A stretch of 57,465 nucleotides of DNA, counting the filler, from Acidimicrobiia bacterium (GTDB lineage Bacteria > Actinomycetota > Acidimicrobiia > Spongiisociales > JAHEDJ01), in assembly GCA_029210695.1 (NCBI GenBank). It is 3 parts of 3 records of this genome, joined end to end, with 100 filler letters (N's around TTAATTAATTAA, not from the genome) between each part and the next. Parts side by side here need not be neighbours in the genome. Positions count along the whole stretch, not along the records: positions 1 to 21,070 come from JARGFH010000060.1; 2 more parts are not named here. The stretch is one strand, 5' to 3'. Positions within the stretch are counted from its first letter, which is position 1; each line of letters begins with the position of its first letter. Below, piece after piece: positions 9,084 to 17,985 of this stretch. The notes under the pieces are model-generated. The model did no database searches. It saw nothing but the letters and a program-made list of their open reading frames with translations, and had not been told where the DNA came from. The translations under genes were made by a program, and so were the position numbers.

Positions 9084-11837
9084 TCAGCCTACGACGATGT
9101 TCACCAGCTTCGGTGGACGGGCGATCACCTTGCGGATCGTCTTGCCTTCCGTCCAGGGCGCGATCTTCTCTGCGGCCAGCGCAGTCGCTTCGGCGTCCTC
9201 CGCCGAGATACCCGCATCCACCTCAATTCGATCCCGGACCTTGCCGTTGACCTGAACGACCATCGTCACGGTGTCCTCACGGGCGATGTGCGCGTCGGAT
9301 TCCGGCCAGGGCTCGAGGTGGATGGATGTCGCGTGACCGGTGGCTTGCCACAACTCCTCGGTGATGTGGGGCGCGATCGGTGCGAGGAGCTTCAACATAG
9401 TGTCTCTGGCTTCCGCCCAGACATCCGGTGAAACATCGGCGGACCGCAGGGCATCCTGCATCTCGTTTCGCAGCGTCATCAACGTGGCCACCGCGGTATT
9501 CCATTTGAAGTCCATCATGTCGGCGTCGACCTTGGCAATGGACTGATGCACGCGTCGTCGCAGCGTCGACGAAGCCTCCTCCGACACCGTGCCAGGCTGA
9601 TACCCGGAGGTTCCGAGCTTCCACACATCATCGATGAACCGCCACGATCCGACGATCCCGCGACTGTCCCACGGCCCGCCCTTCTGCCACTCGAACGCGA
9701 ACATCAAATGAGTCCTGACGGTATCGGCTCCGTAGATGGCGACCAGTTCGTCGGGATTGATGGTGTTGCCTTTGGACTTGGACATACGCTCGACGTCCAG
9801 GTGGTGTTTCAACTGGGTCACATCGTTGGTCCCGAAAATGGTCGGGATCTCGATCGTCGCCTCCTCAGGGACCTTGACCGCCACGAGACCTTCTTCCGTT
9901 TGCACCTGAAGCGCGTTTTCGGTTCGGCGAATCAACTCGCCGACCACGAGGCCCGCCTCCGGGCCGGCGGTGGGATCGACCCGAATGGACGAGGCGACCA
10001 CGAGTTCGTCCCGACGATGACCGTCGACCACCAACCGGTCGCCCGGACGTTCCTCACCCAGGATCTGACCCTGGTTGCGGAGAACAGCGAACGGCTCGTC
10101 AAAGAGACCCGACGGATCGCGACCGTGTTCCCGCATGACCCGCTCGGTGTCGTCGAACACGCCCATGTCCCGCATTGCCTTCACGAAGAAGCGCGCGTAA
10201 AGCAGGTGCATCACGGCGTGCTCCGCCCCACCGGTGTAGACGTCGACGGGGAGCCAGTACGCAGCCTCGTCCGGGTCGAAGGGGGCTTGTTCAAATGAAG
10301 GTGAGAGATACCGGAGCCAGTACCACGAGGAACACATGAACGTATCCATCGTGTCGGTCTCACGACGGGCGGGAACGCCCTCCGAGTCGACCGCGGCCAG
10401 GAACTCCTCGTTCGTGACCAGCGGGCTGCGACCTTCAAACTCAACGTCCTCGGGTAAGACCACCGGCAGGTCCTCGTCGGCCACCGGTTCAACCTCGCCA
10501 TCGTCGCGGTGCAGCATCGGAATGGGTGAACCCCAGTACCGCTGCCGCGAAATCAGCCAATCTCGCAGCCGGTAGTTGATCGCTTCTCGACCTAAGCCGG
10601 CCTCTTCGAGCCAATCGATCGTGGCCGCGATCGACGGATTCGCCCGACCCTTGGCATTTGTCGTCTCGATGCCGTCGATCGGCCCGCTGTTGACCATCTC
10701 CCCCGGCCCGATATATGCCACCTCCATCTCGGGTTCAACGAGTGGCGCTGCCCCTTGGGGGCGGATGACGGGGATGATCGGCAGTTCGAACTGGCGGGCG
10801 AACTCGAAATCACGCTGGTCGTGGGCGGGCACCGCCATGATGGCGCCGGTCCCGTAGGAGAGCAGCACGTAGTCGGCGATCCAGACCGGGATGCGTTCCC
10901 GGTTGACCGGATTGACGGCATAGCCTCCGGTGAACACCCCGCTCTTCTCTTTCGTGTCTTCCATGCGCTCCAGCTCGGAGCGAGCGGCGGCGGCGATGCG
11001 GTAGGCGTCGATGACCTCGCGCCGATCCGGTGATGTAATCGAGTCGACCAGCGGATGTTCCGGGGCCAGCACCATGAAGGTGGCGCCCCACAGCGTGTCG
11101 GGCCTGGTCGTGAAGACGACGATCTCATCGCCCACTTCAGTGCGGAACGTGACCTCTGCGCCTTCCGACCGACCGATCCAGTTGCTCTGCATCGCCTTGA
11201 TGGCGTCCGGCCAGTCGATCCCTTCGAAGGAGAGCAACTCATCTGCATACTTCGTGATCGCGAAGAACCACTGTTCCATCAGTTTCTGTACAACGGGTTG
11301 TCCGTTTCGCTCATCGCGCCCGTCGATGACCTGCTCATTGGCCAGCACGGTCTGGAGTGTCGGTGACCAGTTCACCATCGCTTCGCCTCGATAAGCGATG
11401 CCCCGCTCGAACATCCTCTTGAAGAACCACTCCGTCCAGCGGTAATAGGCAGGCTCACAGCTCACCGCCTCACGCTCCCAGTCGAACATCGCACCCATCG
11501 AACGCAGCTGGCGTCGCATACGATCGATGTTCTCGTACGTCCATTTGGCCGGGTGCACGTTTCGCTGCACGGCCGCGTTCTCTGCAGGCAGACCAAAGGC
11601 GTCGAAGCCCATCGGGAACAGTACGTTGTAGCCTTTCATCCTCATCACCCTGGCGCGCGCGTCCGAAGGCGTCATTGCGTACCAGTGGCCCATGTGGAGG
11701 TCGCCGGACGGGTATGGGAGCATGGTCAGGGCGTAGTGCTTCGGCTTCTCCCAATCCACCGTCGAGCGGTAGAGACCGTCGGTCTCCCACCGTTCCTGCC
11801 AATGCCGTTCGATCGCCTCATGGTCGTACGCAGCCAT
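9084..11837 (-). CDS. leuS: Leucine--tRNA ligase
   Basis: HMGH (HIGH), TTRPDT editing motif, GTGAIMAVPAHD, DWLISRQRYWG and RMSKS. Confidence 0.98.
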   Translation of the reverse strand: MAAYDHEAIERHWQERWETDGLYRSTVDWEKPKHYALTMLPYPSGDLHMGHWYAMTPSDARARVMRMKGYNVLFPMGFDAFGLPAENAAVQRNVHPAKWTYENIDRMRRQLRSMGAMFDWEREAVSCEPAYYRWTEWFFKRMFERGIAYRGEAMVNWSPTLQTVLANEQVIDGRDERNGQPVVQKLMEQWFFAITKYADELLSFEGIDWPDAIKAMQSNWIGRSEGAEVTFRTEVGDEIVVFTTRPDTLWGATFMVLAPEHPLVDSITSPDRREVIDAYRIAAAARSELERMEDTKEKSGVFTGGYAVNPVNRERIPVWIADYVLLSYGTGAIMAVPAHDQRDFEFARQFELPIIPVIRPQGAAPLVEPEMEVAYIGPGEMVNSGPIDGIETTNAKGRANPSIAATIDWLEEAGLGREAINYRLRDWLISRQRYWGSPIPMLHRDDGEVEPVADEDLPVVLPEDVEFEGRSPLVTNEEFLAAVDSEGVPARRETDTMDTFMCSSWYWLRYLSPSFEQAPFDPDEAAYWLPVDVYTGGAEHAVMHLLYARFFVKAMRDMGVFDDTERVMREHGRDPSGLFDEPFAVLRNQGQILGEERPGDRLVVDGHRRDELVVASSIRVDPTAGPEAGLVVGELIRRTENALQVQTEEGLVAVKVPEEATIEIPTIFGTNDVTQLKHHLDVERMSKSKGNTINPDELVAIYGADTVRTHLMFAFEWQKGGPWDSRGIVGSWRFIDDVWKLGTSGYQPGTVSEEASSTLRRRVHQSIAKVDADMMDFKWNTAVATLMTLRNEMQDALRSADVSPDVWAEARDTMLKLLAPIAPHITEELWQATGHATSIHLEPWPESDAHIAREDTVTMVVQVNGKVRDRIEVDAGISAEDAEATALAAEKIAPWTEGKTIRKVIARPPKLVNIVVG

Positions 11838-11930
11838 CTACCTTGCTCCTGGAATGGCCGCCAGCGTACCAAGCCGGAACCGATCTACGGTCGGAATAGT
11901 CGGAGGGTTCGGCGCCTGCGCGGCTGCGCG

Positions 11931-12794
11931 CTACCCCTCGGACCCAAATGGATCCCCGCTACCGTCGGATGAATCCCGTAGGTACTGCTCGACTTGAGAT
12001 CCGATCTCGTCGGCCGTCGGGATGGAGTCACCCTCTTCCACCAACTCTTCCAGCTTCTCGACCACCTTCTGGATCTCCGGCCGCCCTGCGACGATGCCAT
12101 CCAGGTGCTCTCGCTGCTGTAGCGCCTCTTCCGGCAGCGAGTCGAGCGGTATCGAAATACCCAGGCGATCGGCGACGCGTTCAAGCAACACGATGACGCC
12201 TTGATGGAACGGGCCGCTCACATACTGCGGCACCTGGGCCCAATAGCCGCGGGCCGGAATCCCATCCGACGACAGCCGGTGAGAAAGCACGGTCAACGCG
12301 GCAGCAGGGACTCGCAACAGACCCTCCGGTTTGCGTACCAGAGGATCGAGTAGATCGGGATCGGGTGAAGTGGTGATCATCGGAGTCGGCACGGTGTGCG
12401 GGACCGGGGCCGGAACCGAGCCGATGGCAATGAACTCAGAAACACCGGCGGACAAAGCGAACTCGGACACTGCGGCGGCGAACGCCCTCCACCGGAGATC
12501 TGGTTCGGTCCCCCGCATGATCAGCAGATCGCGCCCACCTAGTTGCCGATGATGAACGACGAGATCCGGCCACTCGAGGCTCCGAAGATGTCCATCAATG
12601 AAGTCGACAACCGGCCTGCTCGACCGGTAATCGAAGAGCTGATCACCGTCGAACTCGGCCACGATCGGGCCGTCACCAGCCAGATGCTCGGCTGCCGCGG
12701 AACCGACGCCGGCGGCGTCGACCCAACCCTGCAACGAGCCGATCAGAACCGGTGACCCGAGATCAGCCTGGTGGCGGTAGGTGTAGAGGGGCAT
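11931..12794 (-). CDS. PAC2 (proteasome assembly chaperone) family protein
   Basis: GWVDAAG, DQLFDYRSSRP, EPDLRW, VPHT and WAQVPQY motifs. Confidence 0.88.
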   Translation of the reverse strand: MPLYTYRHQADLGSPVLIGSLQGWVDAAGVGSAAAEHLAGDGPIVAEFDGDQLFDYRSSRPVVDFIDGHLRSLEWPDLVVHHRQLGGRDLLIMRGTEPDLRWRAFAAAVSEFALSAGVSEFIAIGSVPAPVPHTVPTPMITTSPDPDLLDPLVRKPEGLLRVPAAALTVLSHRLSSDGIPARGYWAQVPQYVSGPFHQGVIVLLERVADRLGISIPLDSLPEEALQQREHLDGIVAGRPEIQKVVEKLEELVEEGDSIPTADEIGSQVEQYLRDSSDGSGDPFGSEG

Positions 12795-12856
12795 GCCTCA
12801 CCAGGGTACTCCTGGGGAACAGGCTGCGGGCACCCGGCTGAGACCGGGCCACACGT

Positions 12857-14167
12857 CTAGCCGCTCGGATCGACCACGCGGCCCATGAAGAGGATCAAAC
12901 CGGTTGTCGCGTCTCGAAGTACGAACAAGAACGGGCGATCAACCACGAACGGGACCGGCTCCATCGGAGCCGCGGTCAGCGACATGACTACAGCCGTGGC
13001 CGCGGCTGCCTCTGTTCCGGCTTCGTCTGCAGAGATCCAGGCTTCGTGGACGACGTCGCTGATGTACAGGTCCTTCGATCCCGTCATTCCCGTGAAATCG
13101 GCCGCGGCGCTGGTTGCCTCCCGTAGGCCGATTGCCTGCAAGGCGGGCACCAGACCGAGTTGTGTCCGGATCTCGAACTTCGGGAGAGCAAGGATGACCT
13201 GATCGGGCGACAGCGACTCCACCACCTGATCGATGAGCCCGTCCGACAATGATGCCTCGACCTGTGCGAAGGATCCTTCATCTGGAAGAATCACGAGCAT
13301 CGCCAGTTCGCCACCTGCGTATGGGATCTGCAGCGCTTGCCAGCCATCCCCACGCCCGACCGGCATCGAAGCGTCGGTGTGCATGATCGGCACCGACACT
13401 TCAGATCCGTCCAGGAGGGTGAAGGGGGCCTCCACGGTGCCCGCCTCATCGAACGGCATGAGCCAGGCGGCATTCAGATACACGGCGTTCACCAGCACCA
13501 GGCGGACCAGTTCATCGAGGACACCTTCACCGAGGAGGTCTTCGATGCGATCGTTGGTCTCCCCCGACACCCAATCGTTGATGGTGAGGCGAGCCTCTTC
13601 CCGAGCGGCTGGATCGATGAAATCGACCACCCGCATTCCGGCGCCGTAGTCGAGGGCGAGGAGATCGAGAAAGGCATCCCGGAACACCATTCCGTCTTGG
13701 CCCCACAGACTGTTGGCAATGCTGATCTCAACACCGCCCTCTTGTTCGGTGGCTGCGCGGTTGCGTGACTCGATGGCCTGGTCGAGCACATTGATGGCCG
13801 CGTGAAACTCCTCAGCGGTCAGAGGATTGCCGAGGACGGCGGCCATCTCTTCGGCCGTTGTTCCGGCCGCGCCCGCATAGGCCATGGCCAGCGCGGTGGA
13901 GATGCTGACCGGCGAGAACACCAGGTTCCCTTCAGGACCGGAAAGGCTGCCGTAGAGATGGGCGGCAAAACCCTGGAGACCTGCAGATACGGCCCCGACG
14001 TCGGTGGCCGGGGCATCCGGATCGGCGCGGTCGACATCTGATGCGACGAGCATGCCGGCCACAGTATCGGCGTCCGGAGCCGGGGCGCTGTTCGTTGGGC
14101 GGGTCTCTCCGCCTCCGCAGGCGGCAGCCACCAGTGCCAGGACGAGCGACAGGGCCACGAAACGCAT
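12857..14167 (-). CDS. Serpin family lipoprotein
   Basis: Lipobox AAAC, NLVFSPVS, LVNAVYLNAAW, hinge EAGTEAAAAT and DRPFLF..ILFMGRV. Confidence 0.93.
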   Translation of the reverse strand: MRFVALSLVLALVAAACGGGETRPTNSAPAPDADTVAGMLVASDVDRADPDAPATDVGAVSAGLQGFAAHLYGSLSGPEGNLVFSPVSISTALAMAYAGAAGTTAEEMAAVLGNPLTAEEFHAAINVLDQAIESRNRAATEQEGGVEISIANSLWGQDGMVFRDAFLDLLALDYGAGMRVVDFIDPAAREEARLTINDWVSGETNDRIEDLLGEGVLDELVRLVLVNAVYLNAAWLMPFDEAGTVEAPFTLLDGSEVSVPIMHTDASMPVGRGDGWQALQIPYAGGELAMLVILPDEGSFAQVEASLSDGLIDQVVESLSPDQVILALPKFEIRTQLGLVPALQAIGLREATSAAADFTGMTGSKDLYISDVVHEAWISADEAGTEAAAATAVVMSLTAAPMEPVPFVVDRPFLFVLRDATTGLILFMGRVVDPSG

Positions 14168-14377
14168 CACATGACTCCTTCTCGAGTTCTCACCAGTTAT
14201 GACGCCCGCTTCGTCCCGCCGGTTCCCGCCCCGAAATGCCAAGGACATACGCGACCAGTTCATCGTGCCGGCGGTGCTGACGTTCATCATCTGGGCACTG
14301 GAGTCGCTGGTCCAGACCGGCGAGGCCTACCGTGGCACGTCTCAGAACTCCGCAGTTACGACCTATAGGTTGACCTC

Positions 14378-15430
14378 CTACGGCAACGGCAAGCCGGGTA
14401 GCCCCACATTGATCTTGGCGAAGCCGGGGCCGGCGTACCCCTCTGGAACTTCGAAAGCCAGATTCGTGACAAATACGCTCTTGCGTTCGCCCTTTCCGGT
14501 CCCGAATGCCACGCTCGCCGGGAAGTCGAGACCATCCTCGTAGGTCGCAATCGTTTCGATCTGCTCACCATCTGCGCTCACGCGCACAAGGACGCTACCG
14601 GTGACGATGGCGGCATAGATGTTGCCATGGACGTCCAGAGCGATACCGTCGATCATCCACGGCCCGAAGTCTCCGAATCCGATGACCTGGCTCAGAACCG
14701 AGATATCACCGAGGACACCACCCTTCGAGACGGGGATCTCGAGCAACAGCGCCTTCTCGGTGTTGGCCACGATCAGGCTGCCATGCCGGTAGGCAATCCC
14801 GTTGGCGCCGATCGGATAGGGGATCGGATTCGGAGCGCAGACTCCGGTCAACAAGTCATCCCGGAGGAGCAATTCGGCTTCGCCACCTTTCGGGACCCAC
14901 CAGATGCCTCCCCGGCCGAACCAGCCGTCGAACACCGCGCCCGGAGTGACAGCCGCATCGCAGTACTCGTAGTAGTCGAGCCCATCTTCGACATCCCACG
15001 AGAACGTCTCGGTTATGAAGAGATTGCCGTTCTTATCGAAAGCAAGTGAGTTCGGCAACACGATCGCATTTGTACCCGCAACGAGTTCGACGCTACCGGC
15101 CATGTCAATCTCGAACACGCCGGCGAACTGCACCGCCGCGTACACATGCTTCCCATTCGCATCTACGGCCAGGCCGGCTGCGCCGGCGGTGCCCGGGATG
15201 GTCGCCAGGACGGAACCGTCACCCCCCGGATCGAACTTCCAGATTTCGGTTCTGGGCGGATCGCCCGGTATGCCGACACTCACGAACACGTTGCCGAAGT
15301 TGTCAACGGCGACACCTTCCGGGCCTGCATCCATCGGGGTGAAATCGGGAAACGTCGGAGCGCCGGCCATTGCGGGAGCCGCAACCACGATCATGCCCAC
15401 AACGAGAGCGACAACGAGGAACTTGCGCAT
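14378..15430 (-). CDS. Secreted SMP-30/gluconolactonase-like beta-propeller protein
   Basis: Signal peptide (MRKFLVV...AMA) and repeated blades PEGVAVD, PNSLAFD, NGIAY, DGIALD, PASVAFG. Confidence 0.8.
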   Translation of the reverse strand: MRKFLVVALVVGMIVVAAPAMAGAPTFPDFTPMDAGPEGVAVDNFGNVFVSVGIPGDPPRTEIWKFDPGGDGSVLATIPGTAGAAGLAVDANGKHVYAAVQFAGVFEIDMAGSVELVAGTNAIVLPNSLAFDKNGNLFITETFSWDVEDGLDYYEYCDAAVTPGAVFDGWFGRGGIWWVPKGGEAELLLRDDLLTGVCAPNPIPYPIGANGIAYRHGSLIVANTEKALLLEIPVSKGGVLGDISVLSQVIGFGDFGPWMIDGIALDVHGNIYAAIVTGSVLVRVSADGEQIETIATYEDGLDFPASVAFGTGKGERKSVFVTNLAFEVPEGYAGPGFAKINVGLPGLPLP

Positions 15431-15622
15431 TTCTGCACCCCTCAGAACTCCGTTGTAGACACATATGCCGGCACAGGCTCTCACCCGCGCGACCACGGAG
15501 CCTGAGTTTCAGGATATCTCCCTGGTCCCCACCGCACTAGAGGAAGACGACCCTGACACGTCGCGAGCACCAGGCTCAAAGCACCTCACTAGCCTGCGAT
15601 AGGCCAACCTCGAGGAGGGCTG

Positions 15623-16939
15623 ATGCCATCGCCGGTCGAACTGCTGCAAACGCTGATTCGCTTCAACACCACGAACCCGCCCGGCAACGAAACTGAGGCC
15701 ATCACCTACCTCGATCGTCTGCTCACCGGGGCCGGGATCGCCACCACCATCCTCACCCGCACCGCCTCGCGTCCCAACCTGATCGCACGAATCCCAGGTT
15801 CCGGCCAAGCACCGCCATTCTTGATGCAGGGCCACATCGACGTCGTGCCGACTACCGGTCAGCAATGGGATCAAGAACCGTTCGGCGGCCGGATCATCGA
15901 CGGATACGTGTGGGGACGCGGCGCGCTCGACATGAAGGGTGGAGTCGCCATGATGGTCGACGCATTCATGCGGATGGCGGCCTCAGAACGGCCACCCGCC
16001 GGTGACATCATCCTGTGCATCCTGAGCGACGAGGAGAACGGCGGCAACGAGGGAGCCCGGTTCCTCGTGGAGGAACACGCCCACCACTTCAAAGGCGTCG
16101 AGTACTGCATCGGCGAGTTTGGAGGCTTTCCTCTCGAACTCGGCGGCCGGCGCTTCTACCCGATCCAGGTGGCGGAACGGGTGGGCGTCTTGATCGACCT
16201 GACGTTCCGGGGAGCGGCCGGACACGGCTCGCTTCCCACCGCCGGCGGGGCGATGGCCAAACTCGGTACTGCGCTCACCCGCCTCGACCGCAAGCGCATG
16301 CCGGTTCACCTCACGCCCGCCACCCGACTGATGCTGGAGGGCATGATCGAACACACCGACGGTGCCATACAGCGCGTGCTGAGATTGTTACTCGATGAGC
16401 GCACCGCCGGCCCTGCCTTCAAGCTGTTGAGCTCTCGGCTATCGGTGTTGGAACCGGTCTTTCGCAACACGGTCAATGCCACAGTCGTCAGAGGCGGGGA
16501 CAAAGACAACGTCGTCCCGGCCGAGGTCTCCGTTCGCCTCGATGGCCGGATGCTGCCGGGTTTTGACCCGGATGAGATGATCGAAGAGCTTCGTTCGGTG
16601 ATCGGGAAGGACGTCGAGATCACCTACAAGACGGAGGGTTTGCCGCCGGTCGGCGAACCCAACCTGGCTCTGTTCGACCTCCTTGCGCGTATCTTGAAGG
16701 ACCGGGATCCGCTCGCTATCCCGGTTCCGTTCCTCTTGCCGGCCGTTACCGACGGTCGCTGGTTCGGACGCCTCGGAATCCAGCACTACGGATTCCTCCC
16801 GATGCAGTTGCCCGCCGGGTTCGAGTTTCAATCCACGGTCCATGCAGCCAACGAACGTATCCCCACAGCCGCGGTGAACAACGGATCCGACGCCATCTTC
16901 GATCTGCTCGAGCGCTATCCGGGCGAACACGGCAATTAG
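15623..16939 (+). CDS. M20/M25/M40 family metallo-hydrolase
   Basis: GHIDVV, GRGALDMKG, DEE and HAANERI motifs. Confidence 0.92.
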   Translation: MPSPVELLQTLIRFNTTNPPGNETEAITYLDRLLTGAGIATTILTRTASRPNLIARIPGSGQAPPFLMQGHIDVVPTTGQQWDQEPFGGRIIDGYVWGRGALDMKGGVAMMVDAFMRMAASERPPAGDIILCILSDEENGGNEGARFLVEEHAHHFKGVEYCIGEFGGFPLELGGRRFYPIQVAERVGVLIDLTFRGAAGHGSLPTAGGAMAKLGTALTRLDRKRMPVHLTPATRLMLEGMIEHTDGAIQRVLRLLLDERTAGPAFKLLSSRLSVLEPVFRNTVNATVVRGGDKDNVVPAEVSVRLDGRMLPGFDPDEMIEELRSVIGKDVEITYKTEGLPPVGEPNLALFDLLARILKDRDPLAIPVPFLLPAVTDGRWFGRLGIQHYGFLPMQLPAGFEFQSTVHAANERIPTAAVNNGSDAIFDLLERYPGEHGN

Positions 16940-17020
16940 GCATCGGCCAGTAGCCATTGGCCTCTGAGATCAAGCCGGTTTCACCTGCAAGGATGAAACG
17001 AGACACTAGGAGGTTGGCAC

Positions 17021-17878
17021 GTGACCATTCACAGGATCGGAATCGTCGGCGGCGGACTCATGGGATCCGGGATCGCGGAAGTATCCGCCAAGGCCGGCCT
17101 CGATGTCACCATCCGGGAAATCGACGCGGCCACCGTGGCCGCCGCCCGGTCGAAGGTCGAGAAATCGACCGGCCGGGCCGTCGACAAGGGCAAGCTCGAC
17201 CCGGAAACCCGCGAGGCAATCCTCGACCGCATCACATATACGACCGACCTCGGCGATTTGGCCGATAGGCAACTCGTCGTCGAAGCGATCACGGAGAACG
17301 AGCCACTGAAGTTGGAGATCTTCAGCACTCTCGACAAGGTCATCGAGGATGAGGACGCCATCCTCGCCTCCAATACCTCATCGATACCCATCACCCGCCT
17401 CGCCGGGGCGACGAACCGTCCCCAATCGGTGGTGGGAATGCACTTCTTCAACCCCGTCCCGGTCATGGGCCTCGTCGAGTTGATCAGCACGGTTCTCTCG
17501 TCTCCCGCCGTCGAAGCACGCGCCGAACAATTCGCCTGCGATCAGCTCGGCAAGACCGTGATTCATGCCAAAGACCGCGCCGGGTTCATCGTCAACATGT
17601 TGCTCGTGCCGTACATGCTCGAGGCCATTCGTCTCTACGAGAACGGTGTGGCCACCGCCGAAGATATCGACACGGGCATGCGCCTCGGCGCCAACCATCC
17701 GATGGGCCCTTTGACGCTGGCGGACTTCGTCGGACTGGATACCGCCAAGGCAGTTGCCGACGTGCTCTACGGCGAGTTCAAGCTCCCCCAGTACGCCCCT
17801 CCACCCTTGCTGGTTCGCATGGTGGAGGCCGGGCTGCTCGGCCGTAAAAGCGGCAGGGGCTTCTACGAGTACCAATGA
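17021..17878 (+). CDS. 3-hydroxybutyryl-CoA dehydrogenase
   Basis: GGGLMGSGIA, VEAITE, ASNTSS, GMHFFNP and HPMGPL motifs. Confidence 0.93.
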   Translation: MTIHRIGIVGGGLMGSGIAEVSAKAGLDVTIREIDAATVAAARSKVEKSTGRAVDKGKLDPETREAILDRITYTTDLGDLADRQLVVEAITENEPLKLEIFSTLDKVIEDEDAILASNTSSIPITRLAGATNRPQSVVGMHFFNPVPVMGLVELISTVLSSPAVEARAEQFACDQLGKTVIHAKDRAGFIVNMLLVPYMLEAIRLYENGVATAEDIDTGMRLGANHPMGPLTLADFVGLDTAKAVADVLYGEFKLPQYAPPPLLVRMVEAGLLGRKSGRGFYEYQ

Positions 17879-17885
17879 GCAGGTA

Positions 17886-17934
17886 CCTCCCGGAATCGGC
17901 TCTCGGCGCGTCGCCGGAGGCTGATACCGGGAGG
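17886..17934. terminator. GC-rich hairpin between convergent genes
   Basis: cctcccgg...ccgggagg stem between the dehydrogenase and lon 3' ends. Confidence 0.55.
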
Positions 17935-17985
17935 CAAATGCCCGGCGCCGGGCAGCGGACCTGGTCGTCCTCGTCTTGGCAGCCC

